A stretch of 28,295 nt of DNA, taken from contig JBOIEI010000774.1 in assembly GCA_050741055.1 (NCBI GenBank), positions 1-28,295 on the forward strand. Reading direction: 5' to 3'. The translations under genes and the position numbers were made by a program. Under the pieces are notes generated by a model that was not told the origin of the DNA, searched no databases, and saw only the letters and a list, made by a program, of their open reading frames with translations. Shown in pieces: positions 21,592 through 28,295 of this stretch (its first letter is position 1; each line of letters begins with the position of its first letter). Source of the DNA: Burkholderiales bacterium (GTDB lineage Bacteria; Pseudomonadota; Gammaproteobacteria; Burkholderiales; WYBJ01).

Positions 21592-23233
21592 GGGCCCTGC
21601 GCGCAATCGTCCGGGGCGCTGCCGCGGGCGGCATCGATTTCGGCCGGCTGCGCTGGTGCTGATCGTGGGGATGTTCTTCGCTCACCTCGGTGCGGCCGCC
21701 GATGTGCTGCCTTACACGATCCGCCCCGGAGATACGCTGATCTCGATCGCCCGCGAGTACCTGGTCGAGCCGCAGCGATGGCCGGAGCTCAAGCGCCTGA
21801 ACCGGATTCGCAACGAGCACCGCTTGGTGCCGGGCAGCACGCTGCGTATACCACTGGCATTACTGCGGCAGTCTCCGACGCAAGCGGTCGTGCTGCAAGT
21901 CGGCGGCGAAGTTACGGTCGGCGGACGCGCGCCCCAGGTCGGGGATGTGCTGGTCGACGGCGCCACGATTCGAACCGGCGACCAGGGCTCGATCGCCTTG
22001 CGCCTGCACGACGGTGCGATCGTCAGCGTGCAACCGCGCACGCAGGCGCACGTGCAGCAGTTGCGGGTGTATGACAAGACCGGCGCCGCCGACAGCGTGC
22101 TGCGAGTCGAGCAGGGACGGATCGAAAGCAGCGTGCCGGAGCAGACCAGGCCCGGCGCACGCTTCGAGATTCGCACCCCGAGAGCGGCGGCGGCAGTACG
22201 CGGCACGCAATACCGCGTCGCCGACACGCAAGGCAACAGCCTGGCCGAGGTTCTGGAGGGTTCGGTCGACATCGCCGGTGCATCCGGCGCCCTGCGTGTC
22301 GAGACGGGATTTGGCGTGCGTGTCGGGCCCGAAGGCCGCCCCGGGCAGCCCGTCGCGCTGTTGCCGGCGCCCGTCACTGCGCAGTTGCCGCGGTTGCAGG
22401 AACGGCCCGTAGTGCGCTTTCGTGTTCCGCCGGTGGCGGGGGCGGATCGCTACCGGGCACAAGTCTCCGACGAACCGGCGTTTCGCACCGTTCGACAGGA
22501 CGGTGTCTTCGCCACGCCCGACCTGCGCTTCACCGGTCTGCCCGATGGCGACTACGTCCTGCGGGTGCGCGCCATCGACGGGCTCGGCCTGGAAGGCGTC
22601 GACGCGACCCATGCATTTCGGCTCAAGGCCCGGCCGGAACCGCCTTTCCCCGCCCAACCCGTCGATCGCGGCAAGGTCAGGGGCGAACAGGTCGAGTTTC
22701 GCTGGTCCGGCGCCGCGGAAGCCGACACGTATGTTCTCCAGGTCGGGAGCGATCCCGGGTTCGATCGGATCGAGCTGGAGGCCGCGGGCCTGCGAAACCT
22801 GCGCCATGCACCGGAGCAGCGCTTTCCACCCGCAAGATACGTGTGGCGGATTGCGTCGGTACGGACCGACGGCGATCGCGGTCCGTGGAGCGATCCACAG
22901 TCGTTCGAGGTGTTTCCCGCGCCGGCGCTGCCCGACCCACCCGCGCTCGGCGAAGCAGACATCACCTTCCGCTGGCGTGCGGAACCCGGCCAGCGCTTCC
23001 TGTTTCAGCTGGCGCGCGATCCACAATTCGCGCAGATCGTGCATGAGACGCAGCTCGACGCGCCCGCCTTCACCACCCCGCGGCCCGAGCCCGGCACTTA
23101 TTACATGCGCGTGCAGGCGACCGATGCCGACGGATTCGTGGGGCCGTTCACGGCCACGCAACGCTTCGACGTGCCGCCATCTCCGCCCTCGGCATGGCCG
23201 CTGCTGCTGCCCTTGCTGCTGCTCCTGCTGTGA
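21584..23233 (+). CDS. Exported LysM + FecR-domain + fibronectin-III-like protein with a C-terminal hydrophobic tail
   Basis: GTG start at 21584 with a GGAG RBS, overlapping the regulator stop. Signal peptide (AALVLIVGMFFAHLGAAA), LysM (YTIRPGDTLISIA...LVPGSTLRIP), FecR (IRTG..G, FEIRTP.A.AAVRGTQYRV, EVLEGSV) and three FN3/Ig-like repeats (Y.LRVRAID..G, Y.WRIAS, YYMRVQA.DADG). The protein ends WPLLLPLLLLLL. Confidence 0.88.
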   Translation: MTEGPARNRPGRCRGRHRFRPAALVLIVGMFFAHLGAAADVLPYTIRPGDTLISIAREYLVEPQRWPELKRLNRIRNEHRLVPGSTLRIPLALLRQSPTQAVVLQVGGEVTVGGRAPQVGDVLVDGATIRTGDQGSIALRLHDGAIVSVQPRTQAHVQQLRVYDKTGAADSVLRVEQGRIESSVPEQTRPGARFEIRTPRAAAAVRGTQYRVADTQGNSLAEVLEGSVDIAGASGALRVETGFGVRVGPEGRPGQPVALLPAPVTAQLPRLQERPVVRFRVPPVAGADRYRAQVSDEPAFRTVRQDGVFATPDLRFTGLPDGDYVLRVRAIDGLGLEGVDATHAFRLKARPEPPFPAQPVDRGKVRGEQVEFRWSGAAEADTYVLQVGSDPGFDRIELEAAGLRNLRHAPEQRFPPARYVWRIASVRTDGDRGPWSDPQSFEVFPAPALPDPPALGEADITFRWRAEPGQRFLFQLARDPQFAQIVHETQLDAPAFTTPRPEPGTYYMRVQATDADGFVGPFTATQRFDVPPSPPSAWPLLLPLLLLLL

Positions 23234-23309
23234 TCCTGTCGCGCCTCGCTTCGCGCCTCGCGCGCCCTGTTATTGCGCCTCGCGGGCGCCGTTAAGCAGC
23301 GGAGCTCCC

Positions 23310-25655
23310 CTGACTTCGTCCAATGTGCGCGGCCGCCGCCGCGTGTGGACCGACTGGTCGGTCGTGACGCTCACGCTGGTCGCGATCACCGCCTTCGGCT
23401 ATACGCAGCAGTGGGCATGGCGCGTCGACCTGGCGATCTACGATATGGCACTCGCGCTCTGGTCCCGCCCCGCGCCGAGCGATGTCGTCATCGTCGCCAT
23501 CGACGATGCCAGCCTCGAGCGCATCGGTCGCTGGCCGTGGTCACGCTACACGCAAGCCCGCTTGCTCGAGCAGATCGCTGCGGGCGGGCCGCGCGCAGTT
23601 GCGCTCGATGTCCTGCTCGCGGAGCCGGCTGCGGATCGCGCCGCCGATGCCGCGCTCGCGTCCGCGCTCGGCCGCATCGACCGCGTGGTGCTCGCGACTG
23701 CGGCGGTGGAGGGTCTCGGCCTTCGACGCTTTTACGCCCCCCTTCCGGCGCTCGCGGGCGCAACGCAAACCTTCGGGCACGTGCACGTCGAGATCGATCC
23801 CGATGCCGTGGTACGCAGTGTCTATTTGCGAGAAGGGCCCGCAAGCGCCGACACGCCGCACCTCGCCCTTGCGCTCCTGACGATCGCGGGCACGCCTATC
23901 GAGCCGTTGCCGGGACTTGCGCGCCGCAGCCACCTGGCTCGCCCCGGCTACTGGCAGCGCGATCATTGGCTGCGTATTCCTTTCGCCGGCCCGCCCGGAC
24001 ACTTCGAGCGCATCCCGGCCGCCGATGTGCTTGAAGGCCGCATCGAGCCGGGTTCCTTGAACGAAAAGCTCGTCCTGGTGGGCGCAACGGCCGCCGGCGT
24101 GGGTGACGGCTATGCGGTGCCGACCTCCGCATCGTCGCGCCTCATGCCGGGCGTGGAGATCAGCGCCAACGTGCTGGAAGCGCTGCGCAGCCGGATCGAC
24201 ATTCGCGATCTGCCGCCCGCCGCGGGTGTCGCCGCGGCCGTCGTGCCGGTGCTCTGTACGCTTCTGGCCTATCTGTGGCTCGGACCGCGCGCCTCGCTGC
24301 TGTTCACAGTTGCCGTCGCGGCCGCCGTCATGCTCGCCGCTGTCCTCGGTCCGCGGACCGTGCAGCTCTGGTTTCCGCCGGCGATCACGCTCGGCGTGCT
24401 CGCCTTGTGCTATCCGCTGTGGAGCTGGCGCCGGCTCGATGCCAGCCTCGCTTACATGCGCGAAGAGCTGCGCGCGCAGGAGGCGGAGCGCGACGTGCTG
24501 CCGATTCCGGCAGACCGCGCGCCTGCCGCCTCCGCGTTCGCACCCGACGCCGTCGAGCGCACCATTCACGCCGTGCGCGCGGCGACCGAACGCGTGCGCA
24601 GCCTGCGCCGGTTCGTGGCGGACACGCTCGAGCGCCAGGCCGACGGCGCCCTGGTGTCGGATCTCGACGGCCGCATCGTGTTCTCGAATGCACGCGCGGC
24701 GGCGCTGGTTGGCGCTCCCATCGATCCGGGCATGCGCCTGCGCGATGTGCTCGAACGCATCGAGAGAGCCGATTCGGGCCGGCTTGCATTCCTGACCACG
24801 GACGCCGTCCCGATGGAATCCGTGCGGCAATTCGAAGGGCACGCGCGCGACGGACGCGAGCTCCTCGTCAGCATCGCCAACTGCCGGGGCGCGGGCGACG
24901 GCATCATGGGTTACATCGTCAACCTGACCGATGTCTCCGAGCTGAAGGTGGCGGGCAAGGCACGCGAAGAAGCGATGAGCTTCCTGTCGCACGACTTACG
25001 CGCACCGCAAGCGTCGATTCTGAGCGCGATCGAGCTGCGACGCAGCGCTCCGGCGGCCCTGACGGAGACCTCGCTGCTCGCCCAGATCGAACGCAGTGCG
25101 CAACGCGCCCTCGGTCTTGCGGAAGCCTTCGTGACCCTGACCCGGGCCGATCATGTCGATCGGCGCGATTTCGTGGCAGTGGACCTCGCCGACGTGGCTC
25201 GCGAGATGGCGCAGGAGGCATGGCCGCTGGCGCGCGCGAAGTCGATCCGCATCGCGCAAAGCATCGAGCACGACGACGCCTGGATTGCCGGCGATCGGAC
25301 TTTGCTCGGCGCGGCCGTCCTCAACCTGCTCACCAACGCGATCAAATATGCGCCGGGCGCGACCGGGGTCACGATCGGCGTCCGTCGTCGCAACGCGTCG
25401 TGGACGGTCAGTGTCCGGGACCAGGGGCCAGGCATTTCCGAGCACGCGCTGCCGCTGCTGTTCGAGCGCTTTCGCCGCCTCGAAGGCGGTGCCGACGGTG
25501 ACGGCGCCGGCCTGGGCCTCGCCATCGTCGAGGCCGTCGCACGCAAGCACGGCGGCGGCGTCGAGGTCGAGAGCGAACCGGGCAGGGGCTCGGTGTTCAC
25601 GATCGTGCTGCCGGCACTCGGTCGGCACCCGGAGGCCAGCCGACCGAGAAACTGA
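23310..25655 (+). CDS. CHASE2-domain sensor histidine kinase (TM-CHASE2-3TM-PAS-like-HisKA-HATPase)
   Basis: CHASE2 motifs VVIVAIDDASL..IGRWPWSR, D.DAVVR, KLVLVGATA.G.GD, MPGVEI.AN. Three TM segments follow, then PAS-like DGALVSDLDGRIVFSN, H-box SHDLRAP, N-box NLLTNAIKY, DQGPGI and GAGLGL. The start is uncertain: CTG at 23310 after GGAG, or GTG at 23325. Confidence 0.92.
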   Translation: MTSSNVRGRRRVWTDWSVVTLTLVAITAFGYTQQWAWRVDLAIYDMALALWSRPAPSDVVIVAIDDASLERIGRWPWSRYTQARLLEQIAAGGPRAVALDVLLAEPAADRAADAALASALGRIDRVVLATAAVEGLGLRRFYAPLPALAGATQTFGHVHVEIDPDAVVRSVYLREGPASADTPHLALALLTIAGTPIEPLPGLARRSHLARPGYWQRDHWLRIPFAGPPGHFERIPAADVLEGRIEPGSLNEKLVLVGATAAGVGDGYAVPTSASSRLMPGVEISANVLEALRSRIDIRDLPPAAGVAAAVVPVLCTLLAYLWLGPRASLLFTVAVAAAVMLAAVLGPRTVQLWFPPAITLGVLALCYPLWSWRRLDASLAYMREELRAQEAERDVLPIPADRAPAASAFAPDAVERTIHAVRAATERVRSLRRFVADTLERQADGALVSDLDGRIVFSNARAAALVGAPIDPGMRLRDVLERIERADSGRLAFLTTDAVPMESVRQFEGHARDGRELLVSIANCRGAGDGIMGYIVNLTDVSELKVAGKAREEAMSFLSHDLRAPQASILSAIELRRSAPAALTETSLLAQIERSAQRALGLAEAFVTLTRADHVDRRDFVAVDLADVAREMAQEAWPLARAKSIRIAQSIEHDDAWIAGDRTLLGAAVLNLLTNAIKYAPGATGVTIGVRRRNASWTVSVRDQGPGISEHALPLLFERFRRLEGGADGDGAGLGLAIVEAVARKHGGGVEVESEPGRGSVFTIVLPALGRHPEASRPRN

Positions 25656-25686
25656 GGTAACCGCACGCGTAGAACCAAAGCGCACG

Positions 25687-26052
25687 TCAGCCGGGGCGGG
25701 CTGCGATCGGACTGCGGCCAACGGGAAAAGGGTTCGTCCAATGGCCAGGCTCAAAGCGCCAGGTGCGGCCGGCCCTCAGCCATCGATCCGGTACCCATTG
25801 CGCTCCCGGATGCTTCTTCTCCCAGTGCCCGGCTGTCCAGGCGTGCTTGCAGCCATTCCAACGCCAATGTCCCGGAGCCCAGACGAAACCGGACCGCGGC
25901 GGGGGCATCGCTTCGTAACGAGGGAGGGGCGGCGGAACCGGCGCCTCGACCGTTTCCTCGTGAATGGTCGGACTGTTTGGCGGATTGCCCGCAGGAGGTC
26001 CCGACAGGGACATGATCGCGATGAGGGCATGCAGCAGAGTTTCCAAAGACAT
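25687..26052 (-). CDS. WXXGXW (YXWGXW)-repeat small protein, ~121 aa
   Basis: ATG at 26052 with a GGAGG RBS. Hydrophobic N-terminus, Pro-rich APVPPPLPRYE.MPPPR, and repeats WAPGHW, WTAGHW, WVPDRW, FEPGHW. Confidence 0.82.
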   Translation of the reverse strand: MSLETLLHALIAIMSLSGPPAGNPPNSPTIHEETVEAPVPPPLPRYEAMPPPRSGFVWAPGHWRWNGCKHAWTAGHWEKKHPGAQWVPDRWLRAGRTWRFEPGHWTNPFPVGRSPIAARPG

Positions 26053-26209
26053 CGTCGGCCTCCTGCTCGTCGTGCGCCGGCGAACGCCGCCGGCAAGCAC
26101 CGCCCCTTTACGCGCCGGCTTGCTTGATGATTTCGCGCTGCGCGGGGTGCTTCGGTTGCGCGCTCATCGTGTTCCGCGCCCGTCCCGAGCGCAACGCCCA
26201 CGGCATCGA

Positions 26210-26265
26210 GTTAACGAATGTTCACATTCACGCATGCACCATCGCGCGCCGGGTGCGTCTATAGT
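26210..26265 (+). promoter_or_regulatory. Candidate regulated promoter: GTTAAC-n4-GTTCAC direct repeat, overlapping GAATGT-tc-ACATTC palindrome, and -10 TATAGT
   Basis: AT-rich patch in the divergent intergenic region. Direct repeats at 26210-26215 and 26220-26225 (10-bp period), inverted repeat at 26216-26229, TATAGT at 26260-26265, and no good -35. Confidence 0.4.
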
Positions 26266-26313
26266 CTGAACGCTCGAACGGCAAATCGATCCGCTGGCGC
26301 AAAAGGAGACATG

Positions 26314-26724
26314 ATGGCGAGATACAAGATCGAGGACATCGAAGGAATCGGTCCCGCAATCGGCGAGAAACTGCGCGCCGCAGGGATTGCGAGCACCGAG
26401 GCACTGCTCGAGATCTGCCGCACGCAGGCGCAGCGAGCGGCGCTGGCCGAGAAGACCGGCCTGTCCGAGTCGCAGCTGCTGAAGTTCACGAACATGGCCG
26501 ACCTGTACCGGATCAACGGCATCGGATCGGAGTACTCCGAACTGCTGGAGGCCGCCGGCGTCGACACGGTGCCGGAGCTGGCAAATCGCAATGCGGCCAA
26601 TCTCGCGCAGGCGCTGGCGACGGCGAACACCGCGAAGAATCTGACCCGCCGTGCGCCTGCGCTCGTGACCGTATCGAAATGGATCGAGCAGGCGAAGTCG
26701 TTGTCTCGCGTGATCGAATACTGA
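26314..26724 (+). CDS. DUF4332-family helix-hairpin-helix protein
   Basis: AGGAG RBS at 26304-26308 (ATG at 26311 or 26314). Motifs IEDIEGIGP..GEKL..AGI and ADLYRINGIGSEYSELLEAAGVDTVPELANRNAANL, with a C-terminal WIEQAK.L.R.IEY. Confidence 0.88.
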   Translation: MARYKIEDIEGIGPAIGEKLRAAGIASTEALLEICRTQAQRAALAEKTGLSESQLLKFTNMADLYRINGIGSEYSELLEAAGVDTVPELANRNAANLAQALATANTAKNLTRRAPALVTVSKWIEQAKSLSRVIEY

Positions 26725-26777
26725 ATGCCCGAGCATCGCGCATCCGTCGGGCCAACTCGCTACAAAGGAGAACTGCC

Positions 26778-27254
26778 ATGAAACACTCGCTACTTGCTGT
26801 CGTTGTTTTGCTCGCTGCCGGCCTGAGCGGCTGCGGTGATGAACCTGCACCGGCTTCGACTCCGTCGCCTGCGGCGCCCAAGGCCGATGCGGCTCCGGCG
26901 CCTACTCCGTCCGCTGCGCCGGATGCAGCCGCGCCCGCCGCTCCGGCCCCGCAGAGCGCTGCACCGGCGAAGGATGCGACAGCGGCAGTCGAGCCTGCCA
27001 AACCGGCTGAACCGCCCCAGCCCGACGTGAGTGCTCCGGCAGCGGCTCCTGCGCCGGCCGACGCTTCCATGGTCGATCAGGCCAAGGACAAGGCTGCCGA
27101 GATGGCGAAGAGCAGTGGGCTCGATAATGACAAGCTGAAGGACGTTGCCGTCGGTGCGGCCAAGGGTGCGGCCAGCGGCGCGCAAGACGGCGGGGGCGTC
27201 GCCGGTGCCGCGTCCGGTGCGAAGACTGGCGCGCTCGATGCCATGAAGAAGTAG
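26778..27254 (+). CDS. Pro/Ala-rich low-complexity lipoprotein, 158 aa
   Basis: AAAGGAG RBS and a lipobox signal MKHSLLAVVVLLAAGLSG/C. A long PAAP-rich linker leads to a C-terminal GAAxGAAxG glycine-zipper-like segment. Confidence 0.85.
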   Translation: MKHSLLAVVVLLAAGLSGCGDEPAPASTPSPAAPKADAAPAPTPSAAPDAAAPAAPAPQSAAPAKDATAAVEPAKPAEPPQPDVSAPAAAPAPADASMVDQAKDKAAEMAKSSGLDNDKLKDVAVGAAKGAASGAQDGGGVAGAASGAKTGALDAMKK

Positions 27255-27274
27255 ATACGACCGCCCACCTGTGC

Positions 27275-27305
27275 AACGCCGGCCTTGGGGCCGGCGTTTT
27301 GTTTT
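27275..27305 (+). terminator. Rho-independent terminator
   Basis: AACGCCGGCC-ttgg-GGCCGGCGTT 10-bp stem followed by TTGTTTT, 20 bp after the lipoprotein stop codon. Confidence 0.85.
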
Positions 27306-27616
27306 GTGCGCCAACTGGCGGCTCGCGTCGTTGCGCGAAACGCACAGGACGCAAGGACGCTTCGCTCGGCGCCGCCCGGGCGCTCTCGTTGCGCCCGCGA
27401 AGCATGGGATTCCGCGTTCGGATGCAAACTACGGTGACCGTGTGGCGATGGATCGAACGCGCGTGGTCATCGCCGCGTGTGATCGAGGACTGACGGCAGA
27501 CTCGAAAGACGTTGGCAAGCCGCGCGACTACGGATCAGGTTGCGTAGCCGCGCGCGAACCGTCGTCCGGATGAAACGGGATTTCCGGCAGCTTTCGTTCG
27601 ACGGCTCTGCCGCACT

Positions 27617-28295
27617 TCAGCGCGGCGTCACGGACTTCAACGCCTCGGCGAGCTTGGGCGCGCGATCGAGAGCCCACCAGGCATCGATCGCTTCCTCCAC
27701 CTGCTTTTCGGGCAGACACAGGCGCGCGCAGCTGCGGAACTTGTCTTTCAGCTCCTGCTCGGAGAGCGGATCGGCCGGGGCGCCGTGCATGGTGCGGCGG
27801 TTGGTGCGCTTGCTGAGCCGCTCGCCGTTCTTGAGCGTGATGGTGACCGGGTTGTAGGTCGGCCCGTGCTCGTATTCCGGGTCCCAGTTGCTCATCACGT
27901 TGACGCGTGTCTTCTCGCGTGCCTCGCGGTACTCCGGACGATTGAGCTTGGCGTCGGTGAAGCTGTCGATGTCGATCTTGCGGTCGACCAGCGCGGTGGC
28001 GATGTTGTAGTGGAGCGAGAACTTGCCCTGATACCCTTGCGCGGGGTTGGGGTGCAGCAGCACGTGCGAGATCGCGGGCACGTTGTCGACCTCCACGCGT
28101 GCGATATCGTCGAGCTTGATGTCGTGCTCCTTCAGCATCGAAATCAGCGAGTCGAGCGCACCATGGTTGGAGCCGCAGCACGGGTACTTCTTGATGACGA
28201 TGGTGTCCTTGCTGTGCCAGGCCTTGCCGAGGTTTGCCGTCATCTTCTCCGGGTCGTAGCGGTTCTCGCCGATGTACGCATGCGCCCAGCCCACT
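27617..28295 (-). CDS. MmgE/PrpD family protein, C-terminal part (5' end outside the window)
   Basis: Motifs IKKYPCCGSNHGALD, GKFSLHYNIATAL and GAPADPLSEQELKDKF are typical of the MmgE/PrpD C-terminal region. Confidence 0.9.
   Translation of the reverse strand, partial: VGWAHAYIGENRYDPEKMTANLGKAWHSKDTIVIKKYPCCGSNHGALDSLISMLKEHDIKLDDIARVEVDNVPAISHVLLHPNPAQGYQGKFSLHYNIATALVDRKIDIDSFTDAKLNRPEYREAREKTRVNVMSNWDPEYEHGPTYNPVTITLKNGERLSKRTNRRTMHGAPADPLSEQELKDKFRSCARLCLPEKQVEEAIDAWWALDRAPKLAEALKSVTPR

Noticed and set aside
23238..23265. Short tandem TCGCGCCTCGC repeat after the LysM-FecR gene
   Set aside because: Only two copies in very GC-rich DNA, with no spacers or U-tract. It is neither a CRISPR array nor a clear terminator.
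22422..23309. N-terminal extension making the kinase 1077 aa
   Set aside because: It overlaps the LysM-FecR gene in another frame and reads as non-protein-like. The kinase's first TM segment begins after ~23350.
26840..27065. Repetitive GC-rich DNA suggesting a tandem repeat array
   Set aside because: It is explained by the Pro/Ala low-complexity coding sequence of the lipoprotein.

Overview
High-GC bacterial DNA whose gene content (three Bug/TctC solute receptors, MmgE/PrpD, CMD/AhpD-like, Gfo/Idh/MocA) suggests a Betaproteobacterium; this is inferred from gene content only. The dominant feature is a ~15.6 kb minus-strand operon (17205->1599) of five large, tightly packed genes with no visible signal peptides. 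In order, they encode a PhoD-like metallophosphoesterase (~963 aa), a beta-strand-rich DUF6603-like protein (~1214 aa) and three proteins of unknown function (971, 1460 and 577 aa). A hairpin-rich leader precedes the operon. This uncharacterised cluster is the best candidate for an undescribed system. The right part holds an OmpR-type regulator / LysM-FecR-FN3 protein / CHASE2 histidine kinase module, a WXXGXW-repeat protein, a DUF4332 protein, a Pro/Ala-rich lipoprotein with a terminator, and the 3' part of an MmgE/PrpD gene. I saw no rRNA, tRNA, CRISPR array or mobile element. All family assignments are from motif recognition by eye; no database was searched.
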